This document shows positions 26,588 through 36,800 of a stretch of DNA of 64,000 nucleotides, in pieces. Both the position numbers and the translations under genes were made by a program. Under the pieces are notes generated by a model that saw only the letters and a program-made list of their open reading frames with translations, searched no databases and was not told where the DNA came from. Source of the DNA: an uncultured Actinomycetes bacterium (GTDB lineage Bacteria > Actinomycetota > Acidimicrobiia > Acidimicrobiales > JACCXE01). The stretch is taken from NCBI GenBank assembly GCA_963718605.1, contig OY970363.1, forward strand, positions 3,011,239 through 3,075,238, given 5' to 3'. Positions within the stretch are counted from its first letter, which is position 1, and each line of letters begins with the position of its first letter.

Positions 26588-27514
26588 TTAGGGGGCCAGC
26601 GGAACGTTCTCTCGCAGGAACGCAAGCTGATCGGTGATGATGCCCGTAAACGCGGGCTCGACGTACGGGTCGAAATGGCTGCAGTCGTAGATGCGGACGG
26701 TCGCGTGGGCGATTCGTCGAGCCGCTCTTTCAGCGACGGCGCACGGCGTGATGGCGTCGTTCCGTGCGATCTGAATGAGTGTGGGACAGGTGATCTTCGA
26801 GGCGACCCGCTCGGGTGAGTAGAGACCGATCTTGAGACCGATTCGCGCCGCGACGTCTTGCCGATAGGCATCAGGTTTCAGGTTGGAGTCAACAATGAGT
26901 TGTTCCAGCCCCGGCAACGCGTCGGGCGTTGTCATGATCCCCAAATCTCCGGGACGACCCACGAGGGGCACGTACACGGGGTCCCGCCCCAATAGGGCGT
27001 TGACCTGATCGCGAATGGCGTAGGGGGCGATTCTCAGCGAGGCCGCGAAGCCGGTGGCTCGCACGGCCGCGGGCCCACTGACGTGCGGCACCTGTGCGAT
27101 GACGGCGGCCAGCCCTTCGCCGCGTCCGGCGACCGTGAGGACGTGGCCGCCACCAAACGACGTTCCCCACGCCACGATCCTGTCGGCGTCGATTCCGGGA
27201 AGCGAACGCGCGAAGGCAAGCGCCGCCTTCCAGTCGTCGTGCTGCATCGAGACGTCCAAGAGCTGGCGCGGTTCGCCTTCGCTGTCGCCGAATCCTCGAT
27301 AGTCGAACACGACGGCTGCATAACCTGCCGCCGCGAACCGTTCGGCGTACGCGTAGAGGCGCAGCGCGCGTGGAGACCCAAAGCCGTGCGCCATCACGAT
27401 CGCCGGAACCTCTGAGGTGGTGTCTGGACGGAACACCGTGACCGCACACTTCGTGCCACCGGAAAGGAAAGTGGTCGGATCGGAGGAGGCGGGCATGTTG
27501 GCTGGTTCAGACAC
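26588..27514 (-). CDS. alpha/beta hydrolase
   Basis: IVMAHGFGS...VFDYRGFGDSEG...AWGTSFGGGHVL (GxSxG nucleophile elbow). Confidence 0.75.
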   Translation of the reverse strand: MSEPANMPASSDPTTFLSGGTKCAVTVFRPDTTSEVPAIVMAHGFGSPRALRLYAYAERFAAAGYAAVVFDYRGFGDSEGEPRQLLDVSMQHDDWKAALAFARSLPGIDADRIVAWGTSFGGGHVLTVAGRGEGLAAVIAQVPHVSGPAAVRATGFAASLRIAPYAIRDQVNALLGRDPVYVPLVGRPGDLGIMTTPDALPGLEQLIVDSNLKPDAYRQDVAARIGLKIGLYSPERVASKITCPTLIQIARNDAITPCAVAERAARRIAHATVRIYDCSHFDPYVEPAFTGIITDQLAFLRENVPLAP

Positions 27515-27680
27515 GGACGCTCCAGCGTTGCGGTCGGGACAGGCTGCCCAGTATGCCGCCGGACGGCCAGAGGCCGTCCAACTCGCTCAACCCCACGCGC
27601 CAACGGCGTGCTTCCTGCGAGGCTTGAGGAATGCGTTCGGTGCTGGCGTCCTCCATTTCGATCCCGAGGTACGAACCCCG

Positions 27681-28889
27681 ATGAAAATTCTCGACACGCT
27701 TCGCTCAGTTGTCCGCTTCAAAAAGATCGAGACCGACCTGGTCGAGCGCCGCCTCGCGGGCGCCGCATCCGTGGCCGACCTTCGCCGCATCGCCAAGCGA
27801 CGGCTGCCCGGCGGCGTGTTCGACTACATCGACGGAGCAGCCGAAGACGAGCGCACCTACGCCGCCAACGAAGCCGCGTTCGCCAACACCACCTTCCGGC
27901 CCCGGGTACTCCGAGGCCTCGAAAAGGTCGACACGTCGTCAACGCTGCTCGGGCGGCCAGTGTCGTACCCGCTCGTGCTCGCGCCGACCGGCTTCACGCG
28001 GATCGCCGATCCGCAGGGTGAACTCGCGGTCGCCCGCGCGGCGGCGCGAGCCGGCCTGCCGTACACGCTGTCGACGCTCAGCACGAGGTCCATCGAAGAG
28101 GTGCGCGCGGTCAGCGACGGCGCGTTGTGGTTCCAGGTCTACGCCTGGCGCGACCGCGGTCTCGTCGAAGAGATGATCCGGCGCGCGGCCGATGCCCAGT
28201 ACGAGGCGCTTGTGCTGACCGTCGATACTGCGGTACTTGGTCGCCGCGAGCGCGACGTGCGCCGGGGTTTCTCCCTACCACCGAAGATCGGGCCCGGCAC
28301 CCTTATCGACGGCGCACTCCACCCAGCGTGGACATGGGCGTTCGTGCGCAGCGACCCCATCCGTTTCGCGAATGTTGTCGGCTCGACGGTGGGCGACGGC
28401 GCGTCGCCCGTGACGCTGTCGGACTACATCAACACGCAATTCGATCCCGCGCTGTCGTGGGACGACATCGACTGGCTACGTGGTGTTTGGGACGGACCGA
28501 TTGTGGTGAAAGGCATCCAGACCGTGGCGGACTCGGTGCTCGCGGTCGAGCGCGGCGTCGACGCGATCTGCTTGTCAAATCACGGTGGTCGTCAGCTCGA
28601 CGGCGCACCGGCCACGTTGCCGTTGGTCGCGCCCGTTCGTGACGCGATCGGTGATGGTGCGCAGATCATTTGCGATGGCGGCGTGCGTCGCGGCAGCGAC
28701 ATCGTGAAGGCAGTCGCTGCTGGAGCGGACGCGGCGATGGCGGGCCGCGCGTACCTGTACGCGCTCGGCGCGGCGGGGGAGCGAGGGGTGGATCGCTTGC
28801 TCGACTGGTTCCAGGCGGACATCACGCGCACCATGAATCTCGTCGGCGCGGGGAGCATCGACAAACTTGATCGCGATCTCCTCACATGA
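27681..28889 (+). CDS. FMN-dependent alpha-hydroxy-acid dehydrogenase/oxidase (LldD/glycolate-oxidase family)
   Basis: FDYIDGAAEDERTY...LVLAPTGF...LSNHGGRQLDG...DGGVRRGSDIVKA. ATG 27681 (MKILDTL). Confidence 0.85.
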   Translation: MKILDTLRSVVRFKKIETDLVERRLAGAASVADLRRIAKRRLPGGVFDYIDGAAEDERTYAANEAAFANTTFRPRVLRGLEKVDTSSTLLGRPVSYPLVLAPTGFTRIADPQGELAVARAAARAGLPYTLSTLSTRSIEEVRAVSDGALWFQVYAWRDRGLVEEMIRRAADAQYEALVLTVDTAVLGRRERDVRRGFSLPPKIGPGTLIDGALHPAWTWAFVRSDPIRFANVVGSTVGDGASPVTLSDYINTQFDPALSWDDIDWLRGVWDGPIVVKGIQTVADSVLAVERGVDAICLSNHGGRQLDGAPATLPLVAPVRDAIGDGAQIICDGGVRRGSDIVKAVAAGADAAMAGRAYLYALGAAGERGVDRLLDWFQADITRTMNLVGAGSIDKLDRDLLT

Positions 28890-28905
28890 GGACATCTTCG
28901 GTCTC

Positions 28906-29634
28906 CTACACCAACCGAGCGAAGGATCCCGATACGGGATCAAGACGTGAGATATTGACCGCTTCCGTGTACTCCTCCTCGCCGGCCGGCCCAAGGCGAA
29001 GCAGATAGGCACGCGGGGACGCCGTTGCGCCGGTGACAGGATCCGTCTCCAGGAAGGAGTACGTCTCGGGATCGAACGGGTAGAGCGGCACCTCCTCCTG
29101 TTGCATCTTGTAGATCGGCCGTTCATCCGACTCGCCGAGCGCCGCTTCCAAGTCCGTTGCTACGACGATGGGCCGGTCCGCGGGGTTCGCGAGATGGAGA
29201 AACTGAGCGACCCCATCATCGTCGTGCATAACCCGCAGGTCGGGTCCTCGAAGTGGGGTGCTCATCACGACGTACTTGACGAAGACCATCGTTGCGGGGA
29301 AATCAGCCTCGGACGTGTGGGATTCAGTCCACCCGCGATTTTCCAAGATCGGGTTGTCCCAGAGCGACACCATGTTTTGCAGCTGCTCGCACCACAGGTG
29401 GCCGATGAACCACTGATCGTCGTTCTCCGTAAGCCGGTGCCCGCTGACGAGTTGCGCCGCTATGGCCGTGCCCCCTCGGCCCTTGCCCTTGCCGCCAGTG
29501 GCCGTGTAGATATCGGAGCGATTCCCTGAGTCGTCGACGAGTTGGAAGTAAACCTTGGTGTGGAAGTATCCGATGAATTCTTGAGTTCCGAGTCGGCGCG
29601 CTCTCAGGCGGTCTGGATCGTTGATCGGCGTCAT
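28906..29634 (-). CDS. hypothetical protein
   Basis: Clean 242-aa ORF with protein-like composition. I recognise no motif. Confidence 0.45.
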   Translation of the reverse strand: MTPINDPDRLRARRLGTQEFIGYFHTKVYFQLVDDSGNRSDIYTATGGKGKGRGGTAIAAQLVSGHRLTENDDQWFIGHLWCEQLQNMVSLWDNPILENRGWTESHTSEADFPATMVFVKYVVMSTPLRGPDLRVMHDDDGVAQFLHLANPADRPIVVATDLEAALGESDERPIYKMQQEEVPLYPFDPETYSFLETDPVTGATASPRAYLLRLGPAGEEEYTEAVNISRLDPVSGSFARLV

Positions 29635-29886
29635 GGCGTAGGTCCCTTTCGGTCGCTGGCTTCTGACGAATGATGCAGGACGCGGGCGAAGGCTGCACCC
29701 GATCGTCGGCTGTCAGAACTCCCGGCGGGGTTCACGCGGACTCATTCGGGCCGTCGTGCGGGGTTGGCTACACACGACGCAAAAGTGTCAGCCACCGTCG
29801 TGGTGCGGCGTCGGTCGGTCGTCCGACCGTGTCTCGTGGACAGGACCGCGGAGACCAACACCGCCCACTGGACTGCCGCGCGGGCA

Positions 29887-29930
29887 GGGGCCAAAGCCCC
29901 GCACCGATTCGATTCCGGTCGACGCTTCAT
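29887..29930 (+). repeat. decayed third tRNA-Cys-like relic
   Basis: GGGGC-CAAA-GCCCC-G-CACCGA-TTCGATT-CCGGT-CGACGCT-TCA. Relative to copies A and B the anticodon loop is 3 nt shorter, the loop-closing T-stem pair is broken, the acceptor strand is mutated and there is no CCA. Confidence 0.45.
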
Positions 29931-30028
29931 TCCATCCGCCCAAACCCTCGCAGTAGACGGCGCACGCTCGTTTCGAGTCGCGTCCGTTCCGCAGCATTTC
30001 TGGACTTACCCGAATAGGGTCTTCCCGC

Positions 30029-31810
30029 GTGAAACCTGTGCGGCGGCCTGTCCGAGCGAAGCCGCTTCGGATCGCTGTAGCGCTCAACGGCGGAGTGAGC
30101 CTTGCAGTATGGATCGCCGGTGTCACGCACGAGCTGAATCGCTTCAGTCGGAAGGAGGATGGCTGGGCTGAGCTGATCGGAACCCACACCGAGATTGATA
30201 TCGACGTGCTCGCTGGCACGAGCGCAGGAGGAATCAACGCGGCTTTCCTTGCGCTCGCTCAGCGCTACGACGTTTCTCTCTCGTTGTTACGCCAGCTTTG
30301 GTTGGACGCAGGAGGTCTCGAACCATCGGCTAGCGCTGAGCCAGATGCCGACTACCTGCTCCGCGAGCCAGTTCTCGGCGCGAAATCCCTTCTTGACGGA
30401 GATCTCTTTCTCGGACAGTTACGAGAAGCGTTATCGGCTCTCTTGCGGGATCCGAACCTCTGTGACAACGAAAACCGAAAGCGGATAGACCTTCGGCTCA
30501 CGACGACCTCGTTGCAGGGAACGCCATACCCGGTGACCGACGAACTCGGTGGACGGGTAGTGGAGCGCAACCATCGGGCGAGCTTTCGATTCATCGACGG
30601 AGCGTCCTCGGCGCATTCCTGGCAGTCGGATCTCACCTTCACAGACTCGAAGTCGAAGGCAGCGCTGGCAGCCGAACTCGCTCGGGCCGCCAGATCAACG
30701 GCCTCGTTTCCGTTTGCGTTCGAGCCGAGCCGGTGCGACACGAACGAAGTCGGCCACCTTCATGGCGCGGGGCTTAATCACGATCTGCTTGACGGTGGCG
30801 TCCTGAACAATCTGCCCGTCGACGAGGCGATCTCTGCAATATTCGAGATGCCCGCCGACGGTCCCGTCGACCGCTGGCTGATCGCGATCGTACCGGACCC
30901 ATCCACCTCGGACGTGGGCACCGAGCTGCCAGAGTCGCCGGGGCCGTCCGTGAAGGAAGTCGTAGCAGCGAGCCTTAGTGGGATTCCGCGTAATCAGACG
31001 GTGCGAGCCTTCATCGACGGGGTTCGCGAACACAACGCGGCGACTGTTGGGCGCTCTGTCGCGTGGCGAACACTGCTCACGCTCGACTTAGCGCGTCTGT
31101 TTCAAACGGCGGATTCGATGTGGCCGAGCTATTGCGCGTCACGCACGGCTGCCGTCGCTGGGCAACTCGCCACGCAGTTCGGAGCACCTCGTCATGATGA
31201 GATCGCGGACACACTGAGGCGGCTCGAACCGTTGCCGTTCTTCCCGCCGGCCTGGGCGCAACTCCAGAAATGCTGGGGTGCGTCCACCGTCCGGCGCCAT
31301 GTGGCGGTGCTCTTGAAGCTGCACAGTGAGGCGCGCGGATCACCGGCCTTACGGCAACGAATCCACACTCTGCGGGTCGCCGCTGACTGGGTATCTCCGG
31401 CGGATCCGGGCGAGTCGCCAGCTCCGACCGACATATCCGCGGCTACGTCCGCGTATGTGTCTGCCTGGCCCCTTCCGCCGGGTTCGCTATTTGAAGAAGT
31501 CGAGGAACAGCGAGCAATCCTTGCTTCGTTGGTGACCGCCTCTGGGACCTTGCTTGTCGATCTCGTCGAGGAGTGGCCGGACTGTCCGCGAGCTCTCGAA
31601 CAGATCCTGGACGGCTCCGATGCCGCGGCACGTCTTGAGCGCGCAATCCGGCTTCTGGGTGCTCTCGAGGTTGTGAGCGAGGCCTTTGGCGCGTTTCAGC
31701 AAACCCCGGAGCAAACAGTGCGCCTCGGGCTGCTGACGCCGCGTCGCCGCGTCGCCATTGGACGGCACAGTCCCACGGACCTCGGCTGCGGAGAAGCTCG
31801 CGGGCGATGA
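30029..31810 (+). CDS. patatin-like phospholipase, N-terminal part of a split patatin-DUF3376 protein
   Basis: Oxyanion LNGGVSLAVW, nucleophile GTSAGGINAAF, catalytic Asp DGGVLNNLP. Confidence 0.8.
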   Translation: MKPVRRPVRAKPLRIAVALNGGVSLAVWIAGVTHELNRFSRKEDGWAELIGTHTEIDIDVLAGTSAGGINAAFLALAQRYDVSLSLLRQLWLDAGGLEPSASAEPDADYLLREPVLGAKSLLDGDLFLGQLREALSALLRDPNLCDNENRKRIDLRLTTTSLQGTPYPVTDELGGRVVERNHRASFRFIDGASSAHSWQSDLTFTDSKSKAALAAELARAARSTASFPFAFEPSRCDTNEVGHLHGAGLNHDLLDGGVLNNLPVDEAISAIFEMPADGPVDRWLIAIVPDPSTSDVGTELPESPGPSVKEVVAASLSGIPRNQTVRAFIDGVREHNAATVGRSVAWRTLLTLDLARLFQTADSMWPSYCASRTAAVAGQLATQFGAPRHDEIADTLRRLEPLPFFPPAWAQLQKCWGASTVRRHVAVLLKLHSEARGSPALRQRIHTLRVAADWVSPADPGESPAPTDISAATSAYVSAWPLPPGSLFEEVEEQRAILASLVTASGTLLVDLVEEWPDCPRALEQILDGSDAAARLERAIRLLGALEVVSEAFGAFQQTPEQTVRLGLLTPRRRVAIGRHSPTDLGCGEARGR

Positions 31811-33662
31811 ATTGGGCCACTTCGGAGCCTTCCTGAAGCGATCGTGGCGGGCGAATGACTGGATGTGGGGTCGCCTCGACGCCTCGGCTTTTCTTTTCGC
31901 TTTGCTTGACGACCGCGGGGAACCGCTGACCAACGACGCGAAGCGACTGGTCCAGGCGTCGATCGTGCGAGAGGAGGCGTCGCACATTTGCGCCGCCGTG
32001 ATCGAAGACCGCAAAGCTGGAGCGTCGTCACCGCGGGGTCAGAAGTTGCTTAACAAAGCGACTCATATCGAGCCGAACACTTCCTGGGAGGAGGTGTGCG
32101 GTTTGCTCGATATTTCGAGTCCGCCCGACTCTGTTGAAGCCAAAGAAGAATTCTTAGTGCGCTGTCGTATTGGCGAAGAGTCCATCGGCGACGAACTCTC
32201 GACTGGCCTGATGGCCCGCGTCGGCGTGCGCGCATCGGCGACGGCGCTGACGGTTCTCCGACGCGCCGATCTGCCGCTCGCGGGAATTCTCGACAAGGGA
32301 CTCGCACCGCTTCGCGGGGCTCTAGTAATTGCGAATCGGTATACGCAGGCGATACGCCCGCGTCCTGGCTCCCGACCTCGTGCCTGGCCGAGTCGCGTCG
32401 GCGCTGCGGTCTCCCTCGCCGCACCACTTTCGTTAAGCGCAAAGAACCTCGGAGTGGTTGCGCCGATTGTCTGGTTGGCGGTAGCGGCGGTGCTCCTTGT
32501 CTACGCGGTGGTCGCTCCGCTAACGAGCGTGCTTACGATCCTCCTGGTCGCGATCGTCGGTTTCGCGTCAGTAATGCCGACCTCTTGGGTCCCGGCGTCC
32601 TACCCACACTGGTTACCCCTTGAAAGGTGGCAGGCGGCGTTAGCTATCACCGTTGCGCTAGTGGCGATTTCATGGCCAGGAGTTGACGCCGCCGACAAGT
32701 TTTTGCGGCGGATCTTGCGACGCGGCCTCGTGACCCGAAACGCGATGAGACTTCGTCTACAGCGATCGGATGAACTCCTCGTTTCTCGGATCCTGTGCGT
32801 CGGTGTCGCCGTTGCCCTTCCGGCGCTGAAGTGGTGGCAGCTTCGCGGGGGTTCGGACGCGTCTGACCTCGACCGACAGCTGGTGCTGCTTGCCGGAGTA
32901 TCGATTGCGGCGGTAGTCGTCGCGCGCCATCACCTCGCGTCGCTAGGCGGCGATCAAATCGCTTTGCCAGCCCCTGCCCCGCAAAGTCGTTGGCTGGCAG
33001 ATTGGCGGTGGGCTCGCTTCGTACTGGCAATTGGGGCGCCAATGTTGTGTGGCCTGTCAGTCCTTGCGCACTTGTCTGGTTCGTCAACCCGGGGAACAAC
33101 GCTAATCGCGTGCTCGGCGCTCGTTCCCCTAGCGGCGCTGGCGATCTGGGAGCGAAAACGCGAACTCGGTTGGAGAAGCCTTGGAGGTATCGGCGAAGCG
33201 CCCGATCGGGCGCTGCTCTGGACTGTCGCGCCGGCGACGCTGCTCTGGGTTGGCGTTCTCGGGCTATCGGCTATTCGTGGCGTGGACTTCGGGATGGATC
33301 TCGGCGGATTTGAACTCGCCGGAGTGCACGGCGCGGGCGGAAAGGCGCTCGGAACAGTCGTGGTAATCGGATTCGGTGAGGAGATTCTCTTTCGAGGGCT
33401 CCTTCTAGTTCTGGCCGTGCGCGCCGGACTTGACCGTGTCGGTTTTGCCCTCGTCAGCCTGAGTTTCGCGGCGTGGCATATTCCCGACGCGTTGCCCGAC
33501 GGCGGCTGGACGCTAGAGGCATCATGGAACGTCGGGTTGACGGTCGCGGCGATGTTCGCAGTTAGCCAGGCGATCTTCGTTCCGCTCCGTCTCCGGTGTC
33601 GCAGTCTGGGCGGACCGGCTCTGCTGCACGCAGCGAACAACTTGTCGCTAAGGCTCATCTGA
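31758..33662 (+). CDS. DUF3376-like region + ~8 TM helices + CPBP (CAAX/Abi) intramembrane protease domain; continues the patatin ORF after a frameshift
   Basis: KLAGDELGHFGAFLKRSWRANDWMWGRLDA (DUF3376-type). CPBP motifs GEEILFRG, FAAWH, HAANN. The frame is open from nt 31737 and overlaps the patatin ORF end (31810). Confidence 0.7.
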   Translation: MDGTVPRTSAAEKLAGDELGHFGAFLKRSWRANDWMWGRLDASAFLFALLDDRGEPLTNDAKRLVQASIVREEASHICAAVIEDRKAGASSPRGQKLLNKATHIEPNTSWEEVCGLLDISSPPDSVEAKEEFLVRCRIGEESIGDELSTGLMARVGVRASATALTVLRRADLPLAGILDKGLAPLRGALVIANRYTQAIRPRPGSRPRAWPSRVGAAVSLAAPLSLSAKNLGVVAPIVWLAVAAVLLVYAVVAPLTSVLTILLVAIVGFASVMPTSWVPASYPHWLPLERWQAALAITVALVAISWPGVDAADKFLRRILRRGLVTRNAMRLRLQRSDELLVSRILCVGVAVALPALKWWQLRGGSDASDLDRQLVLLAGVSIAAVVVARHHLASLGGDQIALPAPAPQSRWLADWRWARFVLAIGAPMLCGLSVLAHLSGSSTRGTTLIACSALVPLAALAIWERKRELGWRSLGGIGEAPDRALLWTVAPATLLWVGVLGLSAIRGVDFGMDLGGFELAGVHGAGGKALGTVVVIGFGEEILFRGLLLVLAVRAGLDRVGFALVSLSFAAWHIPDALPDGGWTLEASWNVGLTVAAMFAVSQAIFVPLRLRCRSLGGPALLHAANNLSLRLI

Positions 33663-33801
33663 GCCGCGGACGGCTACCGCTGGCGTGCGGTAGCAAGATC
33701 ATCAGCGCTGACAACCGCGTTGCTGATCGCCTGCTTGTTGTCACCTTCGATTTAGTGCGACCTCGCCGGCACCCTAAGCACGATCTTTAGAATGAGGGGC
33801 A

Positions 33802-36800
33802 ATGGCGGTAACGGGGGCAGTGGAACGGGATCTCACGCCGTATTCGCCGCGGTTGTTGCTCGACTGGGACGAGCAGTTTCCGGGCCAGACCCACCAGTCG
33901 ATCGAGGGCACGCTCGTGTTCGCCGACGTGTCGGGCTTCACCGCGCTGTCCGAGCGCCTCGCCCGCAAAGGCAAAGTCGGTGCCGAGGAGATGACCGACA
34001 TCATCAGCTTCCTCTTCGCCGACCTGCTGGGTGTCGCCGCGTTACGTGGCGGTGAGATGTTGAAGTACGGCGGCGACGCGATGCTCCTGTTCTTCCGGGG
34101 AGACGAGCATGCGCTCCGCGCGTCGGCCGCCGCGCTCGAGATGCAACGTCGGCTTCGGTCGATCGGCCGGGTCGACACCGGCAATGGCAGCGTGAAGTTG
34201 CGGATGTCCGTTGGCGTGCACTCAAGCGCGTTCGACTTCTTCGTCGTAGGACAACGTCACCGAGAGCTGGTCGTCACCGGGCCCGCCACTACGACGTGCG
34301 CGGCGATGGAGACCGCGGCCGACGCGACCGAGATCGTCCTTTCGCCGACGACCGCCGAGCTCGTCGGTCCGCGCTATCTCGGCGAGGCCAAAGGGCCGGG
34401 TCAGCTGTTGCGACTGCTCCCGTGGGCGCGTCGGTTCGCTCCCGTGGCGCGCGAGCCCGATCCGAACGCCGGCGCGTTCTTGCCGCAACTCGTCCGTGAC
34501 CACCTCGCCGCCGGCGGTACCGACTCCGAACACCGGGTGTCGACGGTTGCGTTCATTCAGATGATGGGCCTCGACGCGTACGTAGTTGAGGGCCGAACGG
34601 AGGACGCGGCGCGCGACCTCGACGCCACGCTGTCGGTGATCGAGGAAGCGCTGGAGGAATTTGGCGTGGCGATGCTGGGCACCGATCTCATCGCCGACGG
34701 AGCCAAAGTGTTGGCGGTCTCCGGAGCGCCCATCGCACATGAAGACCACGAGGAACGGATGCTGCGCGCCGCGCGGCGAATCGTCGAGACGCAGACTCCG
34801 CTCGCCGTGCGCATCGGCATCCATCGCGGTCACACGTTCTTCGGCGCGGTTGGCCCGCCGTTCCGGCGCACCTACACGGTGATGGGCGACGTCGTGAACA
34901 CCGCGGCGCGCGTGATGGGACGGGCGAAGGCGGGGGAGGTGCTGTGCCTCAAGCCCGTACTCGACGAGAGCCGATCGTTTTTCGACGCGACCGAAGGCGA
35001 ACCGTTCGCGGCCAAGGGAAAGACCGAACCGCTGCAGCCCTGGAGCGTCGGGCCGAACCTGGGACCGAAGGTCGCGATGGCGGACGAACTGCCACTCGTC
35101 GGCCGCGACGCTGAACTCGCACGGCTGCGCGAAGCAGTCGACGCCGTTCGGAATGACGGCCGCGGTCAGGTCATCGAACTGCTCGGCCCGGCGGGAATCG
35201 GCAAGACCCGCATGCTCTCCGAGTTGCGCTCCATCGCGAACCTGCCGGTCGTCGAGGCGGTGTGCGACCCGTACACGCGCGGTCAGCCATTCGCCGCCAT
35301 CGCGTCCGCGATCAGGGTGCTTCTCGCCATCAATTCCGAGTCAGATGTCGCGCGCCGGTTGGGTGATGACACGACGATGCTCGGCCCGATGCTTACCGCG
35401 CTTGGGTTGCGTCTCGACAGCGAGATCGAAGCGGCGTCACCCGACGCACCGAGCGTCGGGGTTGCGTCGATTCTCGAGTCGTGGCTCATCGCCGCGCCGG
35501 GCCAGGTGTTGACGATCGACGACGCCCACCACCTTGACGATGCGTCGAAACAGCTGTTCGGGCGATTGACGAACGTGCCGAGCGCGTTGCTGGTGGTTGC
35601 CGCGAGCGAGAGTCCAGCCCTCGCCAGCGCAGAGCAAGTACCGCTGACGCCGCTCGACGAACATGCGGCGACGCAGTTGGTCTTTGCATCGCGGCCGCAG
35701 GGGATTCTCACCGAGCACCTTCGCAAGATTTTGGCGACGGCCGAAGGAAACGCATTCTTCCTGCGCGAGTTGGCGAGCGCGTCTACCGACGAGTTTCCCG
35801 ATCATTTGGCCAGCGCCGTCTCCGCTTCGATCGATCGCTTGAATCCGACCGACCGGGCCGCGCTTCGGGCCGCGGCCGCGGTTGGCGCAGTCTTCGCGAC
35901 AGACGTCGTTGCCGCCACCGGCGTAGACACCGACTGGGTGGGACTGGCTGACTTCGTGGCGCCGTGGTTTGACGACACGATGCGGTTCCGCAGCGACCTC
36001 GCGCGTGACGCCGCGTATTCCGGGCTCAGCTATCGCGATCGACGAAGGATCCACCGCGCGATCGGCGAGTTCCTCGAGACGACGGACGATGCCAACGATC
36101 GATCAGCCGCGCTGGCGCGACACTTCGATGCCGGTGGTGAGCCGGCCCGTGCGTACACATACGCGATCGCGTCGGCCGAGCTGCTCGAACAGGTGGACGC
36201 GGGCGCATGCGCGGAGCAGTGGGAGCGCGCGGCACGGTCCGGCGCGTCCAGCGGCGTCACGAAGACCGACGTTGCGTGGGCCTGGGCCAAGGCGGCCAGC
36301 AGCCTGGCGCTCGCGGGTGATCTCGGGGGCGCCGTCGCCGCCGCGAAGCGCGCAAGACGCGTCGGGCTACCCGACCCTCAGGCAGTCGCTCGGAGCTACT
36401 TCGTCGAGGGCGAGGCGTACCGCTTGCAGGGCGACTTTCCACACGCACGGCGGGCGTACACGCGCGCCAACCGCGAGCTTGAACTCTCCGGGACTCTCGA
36501 CGCCGCCGCGGTTCGACTGTTAGTGGCCCGAGCTGGGCTGGAAATCGACCTCGGGCGCTTCCGCGCCGCGGCGCGTCTCGGTCTCCGCGCGCGCGATCTG
36601 TCGATCGAGATAGGCGATCGAGCCGGCCGGGGACACGCGGCCGACGTCCTCGTGGTCGCCCTTCCTTACTGCGGAGACCTAGACGAAGCTGCGGCGGAGG
36701 GAGCTATCGCCGTCGACGCGCGCCGCGAGGTCGGGGACACCTTTGCCGCGGCGACCGCGCTCTCGAACCTTGGTTTGCTCGAGACCCGTCGCGGGTTGCT

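Noticed and set aside
33673-33694. Rho-independent terminator after the CPBP-domain gene (GCTACCGC-TGGCGT-GCGGTAGC)
   Set aside because: The stem is only 8 bp and no T-tract follows. It might be a hairpin of some function, but the evidence is too weak to call.
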